The notes: a model not told the origin generated them from the letters alone. Positions 38,584 through 49,194 are shown, counted from the stretch's first letter. The stretch is DNA of 64,000 bases from Candidatus Latescibacterota bacterium (GCA_965198115.1 OZ240241.1:1216001-1280000); one strand, 5' to 3'. Translations and numbers: made by a program.

Positions 38584-39009
38584 TCAGGCAACCTTCACAT
38601 CGATGCTTTTCGGCCTGGCTGCTTCGGCCTTGGGCACGCTCAGGGTCAGCACGCCATCACGGTAGGTCGCCGTGATCTTGTCGACTTCGATTTGCTCGCC
38701 GACGCGGAATGACCGACTGAACGCCCCGTAGGTCCGCTCCGATCGCTTAACGTTCTTGCTCTTGGAATCGGAAAATCGACTCCGCTCACCCTTGATCGTC
38801 AACGTTCCGTTCTCGACCGTGACCGAAATCTCTTCCTTCTTCACGCCCGGCAGATCCGCGTGAACATCGAAGCGATCTTCGTGCTCTTCGATGTCGACGC
38901 GTGGATTAAGAGCGGACCCGCCAGCGTTCCAATCTCCCCAGACCGAATTCAAAAGACTGTCAATCTCACGATCCAGGCTCGAGGGATGCCATTTTACCAA
39001 CATTTCCAT
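38584..39009 (-). CDS. Small heat shock protein Hsp20
   Basis: PRVDI, ADLPGV, ERTYGAFSRSF, DGVLTLSVPK. Confidence 0.95.
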   Translation of the reverse strand: MEMLVKWHPSSLDREIDSLLNSVWGDWNAGGSALNPRVDIEEHEDRFDVHADLPGVKKEEISVTVENGTLTIKGERSRFSDSKSKNVKRSERTYGAFSRSFRVGEQIEVDKITATYRDGVLTLSVPKAEAARPKSIDVKVA

Positions 39010-39064
39010 TCACCTCCGTTGCAGGTTCTTATCTGTTCCCCTCTCTGGGGTCGGTCCAACCTTT

Positions 39065-39080
39065 TGCAAGCACCATACCA
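39065..39080 (-). promoter_or_regulatory. Sigma54 (-24/-12) promoter for hsp20-dnaJ-clpB
   Basis: Minus strand TGGTATGGTGCTTGCA (GG-N10-GC). Confidence 0.7.
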
Positions 39081-39098
39081 GAAACCCCATACGGATCA

Positions 39099-39111
39099 TA
39101 AGTAATTGATA
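39099..39111 (-). promoter_or_regulatory. IHF-binding consensus
   Basis: Minus strand TATCAATTACTTA matches WATCAANNNNTTR, between the sigma54 site and the upstream palindromes. Confidence 0.6.
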
Positions 39112-39159
39112 ATTCACAGCTTGATTTGAATAAGACCGAACCAGCTACTCCGCTTCAGC

Positions 39160-39213
39160 GCCAAACTGGCATTGAAAATCACCGCCAATATCGCTCGCTT
39201 GTGCCAATTTGGC
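39160..39213. promoter_or_regulatory. Candidate enhancer (bEBP) sites
   Basis: GCCAAACTGGC (39160), GCCAATATCGC (39184) and GCCAATTTGGC (39203): three GCCA-N3-TGGC-type palindromes. Confidence 0.55.
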
Positions 39214-39271
39214 TTATATCTGCACCGAGCGAACGGGCAGGTGCATCGATCACGCCTGCCGGCTGGTCAAG

Positions 39272-41752
39272 TCAATCCATCGCTCTTCGTCTGATTTCGG
39301 CCTGCGCCTCCCCGAAGAGGGCAATAAGCCTGCTGCGGACGTTTTCGTCCCGGAATACGCCGATCCGCTCGGCCCAGGAAATGCCCCCCTCCATGTGAGT
39401 CAATAAATATTGACCATCGGTCTCAACGAAAGGATGCCGACCACCGACGTTCAGGTAAATCGGTGATGAGTGAGCCATGACCGGCCCAGCGTCGGTGATG
39501 TATTCACCCCAGCAACGTGCGACAACCCAGCAAGGTGCCGAAACGTCAAGATCGAACTGGACCGTCGCGGTCCGTCGGTCCCCATCCGCATACTCTCTTG
39601 CCGATCGTTCGCCATTCACGATCAGCTCGACCGCCGTCAGGGGCCAGACACTTTCGGCCGTTGCCACGACCTCCACCCTACCGCCATTGCCCGGCAGATC
39701 TATTTCCTGGCCCATCACAGCCCCGTCCACACGCAGATCGATCATTGCCCCCGTGGAGGCGAAGGTCGTTCCGTTTCGAACCGCCTGACACCAGTTGTCG
39801 AACGTGAATGCTTCGTCTTCCCGCAGCTTTGCGTAGGTGCGGGATCCCCCCAGGATCCGACCGTTGCTCATCTTGTCGGTACCACCGACGATCGGCAGCT
39901 TCTGGCCCGCGTTCAGCCACCGATAGTAGCCACGTTCGCCTTGCCCGATCTCTTCCCCGAGCCAGACCCAGCACATCTCCGCCGCATCGGCCTGCCCCAG
40001 AACGATGTTTGCCGCATTTTCGAAATCGGGCACTGGCATATGAGGCATGATGACGAGCCCACCCTGACGACGACACGCCTCCGACCAGTCCGCCATCAGC
40101 GTCTGGATCTCGCCTCCTACCCAGTCTTCCTGGGGACCCCCCGTACAGATGGGGGCGACCATTTCCTTCAGTCCCAGCAGACTGATGTGTCCCAGGACGT
40201 GCTGCCGGTTCTCCTGGCTCACCCAAATCTTGTGAAAGTCGCTGCTCGTCGGAGAGAGGCCCCCCGAAAACTCCTCCCAACTCGTGAAGAGCCGACCCCA
40301 TTGGCTGACGAGCAGGTTCACGACGTTCAGATCCTCGGCCTCTGCCTCCAGGTGGCTCGACTGCGCCGTGAGGAAGTGAACGTGCGTATCGCCCGAATAA
40401 AACCCACGTTTCTTCATGTCGAAGGCACGCCGGATGGCGAGGGACAGTTCGCGCTGCCCGGGCTTGATCTCGACCAGGCTGCGTAGCGGAACGTACTCGA
40501 AGCCGCGCACGACTTCGATGTAAACCGGCCCGATGGGCAACTCGATCTGGCACGTCCCATCGATATAGGCGTAGGGGACTCCCTCGTCCCGCACCCTGCA
40601 GTCGCCACCCATATCTTCGAACCACGCAACATTCACATCCGCCTGGTGTCCGTGCGGCGCGAAGTAGGCGCCCTGCGGCGATCTGAAATGCACGCGACAG
40701 CCCGTCGGCCGGCCTGTTGCGTCGTCCGTCACGCGCACGTGCACCCACTGCTTCCCGTGGGGCGATACCATCTCCACGTGCACGGGCCCGGACGTCACAC
40801 TTTTTTCCCTCAGGACCTCGCCCCAGCGGACGGACGCCTTTGCCTTCCCCTCAGCTCCGATTTCGAGCACGGCGTGCTCAGAGGCGTGAATCTCCAGATA
40901 GCCGTCCTGGTCTATCTCCTCGTCTCCCCCCCACCCCGTCTCATCCGTCGTCAGAAAGTCGGCACGTGGTCTGAACAGCACGTCTTGCCGCGCGATAACC
41001 CCGCGCTCCACCGACACCTCGGGCGCCGCGTCGGTGTCGGTGACCGTGACGGCCACTTCTTCACGCGGTGGCCAAACGAAGGGATCGCCCTCTTCGTTGC
41101 ACAGCGTGATCGCGCCGAGCAACATGGGTGTATCCGTTTCGGCGACCCAATTGATCCGATCGATCACGCTATCAGGTCTGTCGTTTACCCAGTCGTAAAC
41201 CCACCACCCATCCAGGTCGCCGCTGGCTTTCGTCACGCCCGTTTGCGCTCTCCCCCAGGCGCCCGTCCTGTCGTCGAAACTCACCGGCTCGAACTCACGA
41301 CAATGGCGACACTCGAAGGGATGGTGTCCCCAGGGTATCGTCACGTCGTGTATTTCAAACCTTCGACGCAGCACGATTTCGGCGGTCGTCCCATCCTTGT
41401 AGGTCACGTCATAGCGACCCAATCGCTCAGCCACTCCTTCGAGCGTCGATCCATCGCAACCTTGAGGGGCGGACACGTGCGCGAAGAGAACCCTACGTGC
41501 AACGTCATCGATCGGTAACTCGACATTTGAAACGCCGCCATCGCGTACACACACGAAACGGTCGCCGTCTCCCGTGCCCAGTTCGAAAGGGACACCCCAG
41601 AAGCGCTCCCTCCCAGAAGGCAGATCCGCGAGGACCGTCCGCGTGGGATCTCCGCCCCTGTAGGGCCACCAGTAGCCTGCGCCCGTCTGGATATTATCGG
41701 GACCCGCGTTGTAGGCCGTCGACAAATCGACGGCCTCGAATGCATCACCCAT
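39272..41752 (-). CDS. CehA/McbA-family (PHP-like) metallohydrolase with N-terminal extra domain
   Basis: YSGDTHVH, ENRQHVLGHISLLG, YYRWLNAG..PIVGGTD, AHSSPIY. Confidence 0.75.
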   Translation of the reverse strand: MGDAFEAVDLSTAYNAGPDNIQTGAGYWWPYRGGDPTRTVLADLPSGRERFWGVPFELGTGDGDRFVCVRDGGVSNVELPIDDVARRVLFAHVSAPQGCDGSTLEGVAERLGRYDVTYKDGTTAEIVLRRRFEIHDVTIPWGHHPFECRHCREFEPVSFDDRTGAWGRAQTGVTKASGDLDGWWVYDWVNDRPDSVIDRINWVAETDTPMLLGAITLCNEEGDPFVWPPREEVAVTVTDTDAAPEVSVERGVIARQDVLFRPRADFLTTDETGWGGDEEIDQDGYLEIHASEHAVLEIGAEGKAKASVRWGEVLREKSVTSGPVHVEMVSPHGKQWVHVRVTDDATGRPTGCRVHFRSPQGAYFAPHGHQADVNVAWFEDMGGDCRVRDEGVPYAYIDGTCQIELPIGPVYIEVVRGFEYVPLRSLVEIKPGQRELSLAIRRAFDMKKRGFYSGDTHVHFLTAQSSHLEAEAEDLNVVNLLVSQWGRLFTSWEEFSGGLSPTSSDFHKIWVSQENRQHVLGHISLLGLKEMVAPICTGGPQEDWVGGEIQTLMADWSEACRRQGGLVIMPHMPVPDFENAANIVLGQADAAEMCWVWLGEEIGQGERGYYRWLNAGQKLPIVGGTDKMSNGRILGGSRTYAKLREDEAFTFDNWCQAVRNGTTFASTGAMIDLRVDGAVMGQEIDLPGNGGRVEVVATAESVWPLTAVELIVNGERSAREYADGDRRTATVQFDLDVSAPCWVVARCWGEYITDAGPVMAHSSPIYLNVGGRHPFVETDGQYLLTHMEGGISWAERIGVFRDENVRSRLIALFGEAQAEIRRRAMD

Positions 41753-41966
41753 GTCGATTTCCTCCGATCAGGCCTTGAGGGTGCGTGTCTGCTCAAGAGG
41801 AATCAAGATCGCGAAAGACGGGCACCGTGCCAAAAGGTTCCATTCGCCGGTAGCTGACAGACCTCTCGTTCTGTTTGGCTGGGTAGCGTTCGATTTCTTA
41901 TCTTCGCAGGCAGTATCGAAGTCGGGATCCACTTCCTGTCGCATCGGTGCTTAACGAGGCCTACGT

Positions 41967-43409
41967 ATGGGTTTCTTCGACGATTTTTCAATCAAGCGTA
42001 AACTGAATCTGATCATCATGCTGACGAGCAGCATCGCTCTGATTCTGGCGTGCACGGTGTTCCTCGCGTATGACCGCTACACCTACAAGCAGTCGGTCCA
42101 CCGAGAACTGGAGACCCTGGCGGATGTGGTCGCAGCGGGGACCCGCGGGGCCTTGGCAGAGAACAGCACTGGCGAAGCCTTGGAAACGCTCCAGACGCTC
42201 AGCTCTCAGTCCAACGTCCTATCAGCAGCCGTCATCAAACCAGACGGTGAAGTCCTCGCCTCATACCACAGAAACGACGCGACCGTCACCATCCCAGAGC
42301 CCGATCTGGAGCGTCTCTTCCAGCTGGGAGACCACGCGATCACGCTCTTTCATCCCGTCAGGCGGGACGGCGAACAGATCGGTGTCGTCTTCCTCGAAGC
42401 CGACCTGACCGAGCAACAGCAGCGGGAAAACCGCTTCGTCATCATCGTACTTGTGATCCTCGGCGGCTCTTTCCTCGTCGTCTACGGGGTCGCATCCGGT
42501 GTCCAGCGCATTATCTCGGGTCCCATCCTACAACTCACCGACGTGGCCAGACGGATTTCGCACAACCGGGACTACTCGGTTCGCGCCGTCAAGACGACGG
42601 AAGATGAAGTCGGCATTCTGATCGACGGCTTCAACGACATGCTGACGGACATTCAGGAGCGAGACGCCGCCCTTCAGCAAGCCAAGGACGAGCTCGAACT
42701 GCGGGTCGAAGAGCGAACACGGGATCTGATCGAAACGAACGAACAGCTGAGAAGAGAAGTCGCCGAGCGGCAGCGCACCGAGGCGGTTCTGAGGGAGCGG
42801 GAAGAACAGCTGAGACAGGCACAAAAGATGGAAGCGATCGGCCGACTCGCCGGGGGCGTCGCTCACGATTTCAACAACCAGCTCGCCATCATCCAGGGCT
42901 ACATGGACATGGCTCTGGAAGACGTCTCCAAAGACTTCAGAATCCACCAGTATCTGACGCAGGCGTGCAAGGTGATCGACAAGTCGACAGCGTTGATCGA
43001 CCAGCTGCTCATGTTCAGCAGCAAACAACCGATGGACAAACGTCCGCTCGAGATGAACCACCACGTCATCGACCTGCAAAAGATGATGAGCCGGCTGCTC
43101 GGGGAAGACATCGAAGTCACACTCGACCTGCAGGACGATCTATGGGGCGTGGAGGCCGACCCGGCGAATATCGACCAGGTCATTTCAAACTTGTTCGTCA
43201 ACGCCCGCGACGCGATGCCGTCGGGTGGAGTCCTGGCCATCAAGACGCGCAAAGTCGAAATCGACGAGGCATTCTGTTTGCAATGGCCCGAGGCACGGAA
43301 CGGTAACTTCATCCAGCTCTCGATCAAGGACACGGGCGTCGGTATGACGGAAGAAGTCCGTGCCCATGGCCGTCCTGCTCGAGCAACTGAAGGATGCGCT
43401 GGAGCGTCG
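41967..43409 (+). pseudogene. Membrane hybrid sensor histidine kinase (periplasmic sensor-HAMP-HisKA-HATPase), truncated
   Basis: Two TMs, HAMP, GRLAGGVAHDFNN, NLFVNARDAM, DTGVGM. The sequence breaks before the F and G2 boxes; an out-of-frame receiver-like tail follows and is interrupted by IS256. Confidence 0.8.
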
Positions 43410-44798
43410 GGTCAAGTCCCATAGTCAGTTGAAACTCATCGGGCTCCGTGGTATTCATGCTCTCTGCCGAGCATCTTGATTGTCGCCGAGATTCAGGTTG
43501 TTTTTCAGTGCTTGCCTGAGCAGCGGGAGGTGTTTGTATCCGCTCACGCGTCGCAGGCGTGGTTCGATGTCGAGGAGTGCGGCCGCGACCCATCTGTGTC
43601 GCTGAGGAGAGTTGTTCCAGCGGTTGACCTTCCGTATCAGGTTGCCGGTCATGCTGTTGAGCGCCTCGATGCAATTGGTGGTTCGGAAGCTTCGCTTCAA
43701 GAACGGGAGCATCCCCAGCCGGTGGAGGGTCAGGGTTTCCTCCAGTCCTTCCTCGAGGCTTGCCACGGCAGACTGATTCATCAGCTTGAGTTCGGGTTTG
43801 AGTGATTCGAGTGCGGCCTTTGCCTCCTCGTAGGTGTCGCAGTCATAGGCTTTCTGAAGTTTCCGTCGAACTCTTGGACGTTCTGCCTCCGGGAGGTAGC
43901 TGACGACGTTCTCGCGCTTGTGACACTGACAGCGATGCACGCACACATCCCCTTTGAGGGCTTTGGTGACGGCACTGCGGAGTCCCTTTGAGCCGTCCAG
44001 CACAACGAGAAGGCCCTGGTCGTAGCACAGGCCTCTCCGGATGAGATCCTGGATCAGCTGACGGCAGATCCGTTCGTTCTCCGTCGCCGATTCGACGAAG
44101 CCCAGGGGGATCTTCTGGCCGTCCGTCGTGACGCCCGGAGCGATCACGATCTCTTCGTCGGCAAAGCTCTTTCCGTCGATGAACAGGGCGACCAAGTCGT
44201 AGTCGTCGAGCGGTCGTTCCTGGAACTGCTTCAGCTTCTTTGCGGTGGCTTTGATGAACCGTCGCGAGACGGAGGATGCCGAAATTCCGAACGCTTCGGG
44301 TACCGACTCTGCACAGGCTCTGTAGTTGCGACAGGAGATTCCCTTGAGCACACGAAGCAGCAGCTTCTCATCCATCGCTCTGGGCCTCTGCATCCCCCGG
44401 TATGCGGCCAGAGAAACCTCCGTATCGGACTCGACGTCGCGCACACGGGGAACGGCCACCGGCAGCTTCTGGTCCATCAGATACACGGACCCTTTCTGGC
44501 TTCCCCATCGACGATGCGACTGCTCTGAACCCTTACGCGCATACCGAACGCCTGCGAGCTGCTCCACCTCCTGCTGGAGCACGTCGGCAACGGCCTCCAG
44601 ACCCAGCGGAATCAGCGCCCGGATCACCGATAAACGCGTCTCCAAATCCATAACGTCTGACCCAACCTTGACTTCGCCATCCCCCTGCAAATAGCTTCTC
44701 CATCGTGGGCTCCTTTCTTACGGGTACACGCTCTCACACATCTACCCACAACGTAAGTTTGGAGCCCTTTAAGTTTCAACTAGGATAGGGACCTCACC
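43410..44798 (-). mobile_element. IS256-family insertion sequence
   Basis: Imperfect IRs GGTCAAGTCCCATAGTCAGTTGAAACT / GGTGAGGTCCCTATCCTAGTTGAAACT; 8-bp direct repeat GAGCGTCG at 43402-43409 and 44799-44806. Confidence 0.92.
43455..44690 (-). CDS. IS256-family DDE transposase
   Basis: FIDGK, VLDGSKGL, CQCHKREN (CxxH), TTNCIE. Confidence 0.92.
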   Translation of the reverse strand: MQGDGEVKVGSDVMDLETRLSVIRALIPLGLEAVADVLQQEVEQLAGVRYARKGSEQSHRRWGSQKGSVYLMDQKLPVAVPRVRDVESDTEVSLAAYRGMQRPRAMDEKLLLRVLKGISCRNYRACAESVPEAFGISASSVSRRFIKATAKKLKQFQERPLDDYDLVALFIDGKSFADEEIVIAPGVTTDGQKIPLGFVESATENERICRQLIQDLIRRGLCYDQGLLVVLDGSKGLRSAVTKALKGDVCVHRCQCHKRENVVSYLPEAERPRVRRKLQKAYDCDTYEEAKAALESLKPELKLMNQSAVASLEEGLEETLTLHRLGMLPFLKRSFRTTNCIEALNSMTGNLIRKVNRWNNSPQRHRWVAAALLDIEPRLRRVSGYKHLPLLRQALKNNLNLGDNQDARQRA

Positions 44799-44841
44799 GA
44801 GCGTCGTCCCGCAGCATTGTAGAGCATCACAGAAACGCAAA

Positions 44842-44882
44842 GAGCCCCTCCGGGTCCAGAAGACCGGAGTGGCTCCTTTTTT
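44842..44882 (+). terminator. Intrinsic terminator of the kinase gene (ISL3 target site)
   Basis: GAGCCCCTCCGG...CCGGAGTGGCTC hairpin followed by CTTTTTT. Confidence 0.75.
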
Positions 44883-46301
44883 GGCTCTATCCGGGTTTCT
44901 CAACGGTGAAACTATAGAATGACAAGGTCATAGATCGTTCCCTACGCTTGGTTGTGTGTGTAGGACAATCAAAGCGAAGGGGGTGCGACCTATGACCGGG
45001 AGCAGATTACTATCGAAACTGCTGAGATTCAAGGGGTTCCGTGTTGTCAGCTGGTGGTTTGAGGGGAGAAGCTGTTTCGTCATCGCCGTAAAGCCACATA
45101 AGAATGGTTGTTGTTGTCCGGAGTGCGGCCGTCGAGGTAAAATCGTCCGCACAATGCCCCATCCGCGTCGGTGGCGTGACATTCCGGTGTGCGGGTGGAG
45201 GGTCTGGCTTCTCTACCATCCTCGGGAGATTCGGTGTCCTACCCACGGTCGTGTGGTCGAGGAGATTCCGTGGGCGGAGCGGTTCTCTCGGGTGACGTAT
45301 CGCTTCGAGTATGCCATGCTGCGCTACTGCCAGACCATGACGCAGAAGGCGGCGTCCGAGTTACTGCGCATCTCTGCCTCGACGCTGTCGGATCTCCTTC
45401 ACCGATCCATCACGCGGCTTCGTGAAGGTCATCGTATCCGAGGGCTCAAAACCATCGGGATCGACGAGATCTCCTACGCCAAGCGTCACAGGTACGCCAC
45501 GCTCGTTTACGATCTGGACCGCTCCTGCGTGGTGTGGGTTGGCCGCGGCAGGGCGCGTAAAACGATCGATCGGTTCTTCACAGAGGCTCTCAGTCCCTAC
45601 CGGAGATCCAAGATCGGGTGGGCCTGCTGCGACATGAGCGAAGCTTACATCGGAGCCATCCAGGAACACTGTCCGAATGCCAAGCTGGTCCTCGATCGCT
45701 TTCACATCGTCAAGGCTCTCAATGTCGCCGTTGACGAGGTCCGTAAGGACCAGTGGCGTAAAGCTGCCCCGGATGAGCGCAAAGCCATGAAGGGCCTCCG
45801 ATGGCTCCTCTACCGGCACTCAGCGACACGCTCCAGAGGGGATACTCGGACACTCAAAGCACTGGAGAAGGCGAACTACCGAATCTATAGAGCCTGGAGA
45901 CTCAAGGACGAGTTCGAGCAGTTCTGGGAATACAAAGCGCCCTGGGCTGCCGAACGCTTCCTGAAATGCTGGACGACGTCCGCACTCAGAGTCGACGTGA
46001 ACCCCTGCGAAAGTTCGTCAGGACCCTGCGACAGCACTTCTTCGGCGTCCTCGCATTCGTGAACACGCGTCTTACCAACGCCATCGCCGAAGGCCTCAAC
46101 CGAATCGTCCAAATCGTCAAGAACCGAGCCAGCGGATTCCGCACACTCGACGCATTCAACGATATGATCTTCCTTACCGTCGGAGACATAAACATCCCTG
46201 AGCAGATTCCGAAGAGGTTCCGCACACTCTAACCGCGCCCCCATGCCAGGAACCACGGCACCTTCACCCACTTCATCTCGTTGAGAGATCCGGATATAGC
46301 C
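44883..46301 (+). mobile_element. ISL3-family insertion sequence
   Basis: IRs GGCTCTATCCGGGTTTCTCAACG / GGCTATATCCGGATCTCTCAACG; 8-bp direct repeat CCTTTTTT at 44875-44882 and 46302-46309. Confidence 0.92.
44992..46232 (+). CDS. ISL3 transposase, frameshifted near 45990
   Basis: CPECG zinc finger, IGIDEIS, CDMSEAY, LDRFHIV; TNAIAEGLN...ASGFR lies in the next frame. Confidence 0.88.
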
Positions 46302-46326
46302 CCTTTTTTGCGGTACAGTCGGCTGG

Positions 46327-49194
46327 CTACAGTCCCAACAGGTAGGAGACCTTCAGGATGAGGGAGCGATTTCGCTGCTTGATACTGCCAAACCCATCCT
46401 CGGTGTCGAATCCATTGTCGTAAACCAGAAAAACGTCACTTCCCGGCTTGTAACGATAGTTCAGGAGGAAGTTCGTACTCATGATCTGTTTGTCGTTGTT
46501 CACCTGGGTGAACAGTTTCACGAAGAAGTTGGTCGTGAACGAATAGACGATTCGATTGCTGAGGGCCAGAATATTCACGTTCCCCTCTGGCAGACGAATC
46601 CAGTTCGTGTTGAGTTGTGTCTCGAACGAAACGCGTCCGCTCGGGCTGTATCTATTCTCGAACCTCAGACTGTAGCGGCGCCCCGTGTAGTATGACCCCC
46701 CTTCGAAGAACACCCGTGGTCTCAACTTTCGAGCGCGACTGGGTGACGGACCGACGGTGAACGACGTAAAGTCATAGGTGCCGACAGGTACCACGATGTC
46801 CGGGCATCGATCCGATAGATCGAACTCCTCGGTTACCACGTCGTGGGTGCGCGTTACCTCCATCCGCCACCAGTCCGCCGTGTTGAACTGAGTCCACAGG
46901 TTGAAGCCCATTTCGTAAAATTTCACTTTGTTGTCGCGATCGGTGAGCACCTGGGCCTCGGGACCGATCGACATGTATCGGATGTTCAGGATGCCTGGCC
47001 TGGGACGCAAACGAATGCGACCGTCGTAGCGACGGAAGCCCTGAACGTCGTCCCTGCGGTTCACGAAGCCCACGCCGGGCTCGAAAGACTCCTCCACCTC
47101 CAGATACCGCAGGCGCGTTGAAAAAAACCCGCCGCTGTAATTGACGAAACCGAATCCCGCGTTGCCCGATGCGTCCAGATCCGAATCCCACGACTTGGCG
47201 ACGAACCCGTTCACGTTCAGTGCGGGCGTGGGCGAATAGCTGAAGTCGACGCCGGCCGTCCGGTTGTAGCGAGCCGCTCCTCCCAAGTTCACGAAATCGC
47301 CCGCGTCCTCCGCCGCTGGATCCATTCGAATCCCAAGCGAGTCCGCATAAGACGTCTGTTTATTCACGAACATGAAACCGATATTCGACCTCTTGAAAAG
47401 ATCCCGACGCATGCGGAGTACCGAGTAGTTCGTCCGCCTGACATCGGTCGTATCGTCATCGTCGATCACGAGCTGGTTGTCTGTCAACGCGTGCAGGGCG
47501 CCGATGCTGGTTCTGCCTTCCTTGCCCGCCACCTTCGATCCCAGGATGATCGGAATTTTGGCTCCTTCTTCGAGCCCGATGCGACGGGAGTAGAACAGCA
47601 ACGTTGGGGGACGTGACCCGCCACCCGTTCGCTCCGCTGGTTCACCGAACTCGAACAGATTGGCGCCTTCGAGGAAAAACTCGCGCTTTTCGGGGAAGAA
47701 CAGACGGAACTGCGTCAGGTTGACCTGTTCCTGGTCGCCTTCCACCTGGGCAAAGTCGGTGTTGTAGGATAAGTCTATTGTGATGTTCGGTGTGATGCCG
47801 TAGCGCAGGTCGCCACCCCACTCAACGGTCCCGTCTTCTTTTGGAGTGGCCGCCTCGAAGTCCTTGAGGGTTCCGGGCAGCACGTAGGGCTTGATCTGTA
47901 TCGCTTTGGAAGAGCCGATACCGCGGAGGCCGCGGAGCTCGCCGATGTCCGACGTCCAGTATCGCGCTCGACTGGTGGAACTCCGCCGCCCGACGACGAA
48001 CTGGGTCTCTTCATTCCGGCTAGAGATATTCCGGGCGAAATTGACACCCCAGACCATTTCCTCCGAGGGTTTGAATCGCAGCTGGTCGAACGGAATCTTG
48101 ACCTCCGCTGTCCAACGATCATCGTGGACCCGCGTCCGGCATTCCCAGTTGCAGTCCCAATCGCGATTCTGTGTCCGACCCCTGTTGGAAAGCATGACGT
48201 CCTGCTGCGCACCGAGCGGGTTCACGAAGAAGAAGAAGCCGTTCTGACGGTCGTTGTAGGTATCGAGGAGAATCTGGATGTTGTCTTCGCCCCAGAGCTC
48301 GGAATCGCGACGCATGTTGTTGGCGACGACTCGAGTGTCCTCGGAGATGTAGCAATCGAAACCAAAGTAGATTGCTTCGTCGTCGAAGATCACACGCGCT
48401 TCCGTTCGCTCGGTGCTTGGCATCCAGTATTGGGGTTCCCTCTGGATGAATCCACGAACGGGTTCTGAAGAACGCCAGGCGGTCTCGTCGAGCGAGCCGT
48501 CGAGTTTGGGACGCTCTTCGACCCGCGACGCGTAGACCACACGACGGGACTTGCTTTTGTCCCCATCGCCCGGGGTGATTCCGATGACACGATCGGAGAC
48601 CTTCAACGGCATCCCCGACGTCGAGATCCTCCGGGCGACGACCACGTCGTTCAGCTCCTTGATGACTTCGAGAGCTTCTCCCGAAGGTCCGGATGCGTTG
48701 GCCACAGCCAGTCGGCTCCACAGTGGTGCCGAACCGTTCATGCCCGAAACGTAGACGAGGTCGCCACCTACCTGTTCGACGGTTCCCACGGCATCGCCGA
48801 AGTGAATGCTCGGAGTGAGTCCACCGTTCTCGACGCCCAGGTCCGTCGTTGTGTGACCGTTGTGTTCACCCATTTCGGGAACAATACGAATCACGCGCAG
48901 ACCATTTCCGGCCGCTCGCATCACAGATTCGATCGTCATTCCGATTGCCAGGTCTTCTAACTCCGCGCGCGCGAATCGAACAGACCCTTTGGCAACACGT
49001 GCGACGGCCATCGTGCTGTCGTGACTGACGAGCCCGAATCGATCGCCGGGTTGGATAATCGTACGTTCGCCCAGGTCCAGGAAAACCGTGTTCCCGTGTA
49101 CGCGGACGACGTGCCCGTCGTCTTCTTCCGCAACGGCCGGACCCAGCGTCAGATGAACGAGGAAAACCGTCGAAAGCAGCCAGAATCGAATCAC
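46327..49194 (-). CDS. CBM9-like + DUF5916 outer-membrane protein with N-terminal extension
   Basis: PKLDGSLDE..W, WTAEVKIPF.QLRF, NTDFAQVEGD...FFPEKREFFLE, LFYSRRIG, terminal LKVSYLL. Confidence 0.85.
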   Translation of the reverse strand: MIRFWLLSTVFLVHLTLGPAVAEEDDGHVVRVHGNTVFLDLGERTIIQPGDRFGLVSHDSTMAVARVAKGSVRFARAELEDLAIGMTIESVMRAAGNGLRVIRIVPEMGEHNGHTTTDLGVENGGLTPSIHFGDAVGTVEQVGGDLVYVSGMNGSAPLWSRLAVANASGPSGEALEVIKELNDVVVARRISTSGMPLKVSDRVIGITPGDGDKSKSRRVVYASRVEERPKLDGSLDETAWRSSEPVRGFIQREPQYWMPSTERTEARVIFDDEAIYFGFDCYISEDTRVVANNMRRDSELWGEDNIQILLDTYNDRQNGFFFFVNPLGAQQDVMLSNRGRTQNRDWDCNWECRTRVHDDRWTAEVKIPFDQLRFKPSEEMVWGVNFARNISSRNEETQFVVGRRSSTSRARYWTSDIGELRGLRGIGSSKAIQIKPYVLPGTLKDFEAATPKEDGTVEWGGDLRYGITPNITIDLSYNTDFAQVEGDQEQVNLTQFRLFFPEKREFFLEGANLFEFGEPAERTGGGSRPPTLLFYSRRIGLEEGAKIPIILGSKVAGKEGRTSIGALHALTDNQLVIDDDDTTDVRRTNYSVLRMRRDLFKRSNIGFMFVNKQTSYADSLGIRMDPAAEDAGDFVNLGGAARYNRTAGVDFSYSPTPALNVNGFVAKSWDSDLDASGNAGFGFVNYSGGFFSTRLRYLEVEESFEPGVGFVNRRDDVQGFRRYDGRIRLRPRPGILNIRYMSIGPEAQVLTDRDNKVKFYEMGFNLWTQFNTADWWRMEVTRTHDVVTEEFDLSDRCPDIVVPVGTYDFTSFTVGPSPSRARKLRPRVFFEGGSYYTGRRYSLRFENRYSPSGRVSFETQLNTNWIRLPEGNVNILALSNRIVYSFTTNFFVKLFTQVNNDKQIMSTNFLLNYRYKPGSDVFLVYDNGFDTEDGFGSIKQRNRSLILKVSYLLGL

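Noticed and set aside
37601-38665. 354-aa plus-strand ORF
   Set aside because: Antisense shadow of the DnaJ gene in GC-rich DNA; no recognisable motifs.
39010-39270. CIRCE or HAIR heat-shock operators
   Set aside because: Neither TTAGCACTC-N9-GAGTGCTAA nor CTTGAGT-N7-ACTCAAG is present.
39470-40748. Long alternative ORFs (338 and 356 aa)
   Set aside because: They lie inside the metallohydrolase gene and are off-frame or antisense artefacts.
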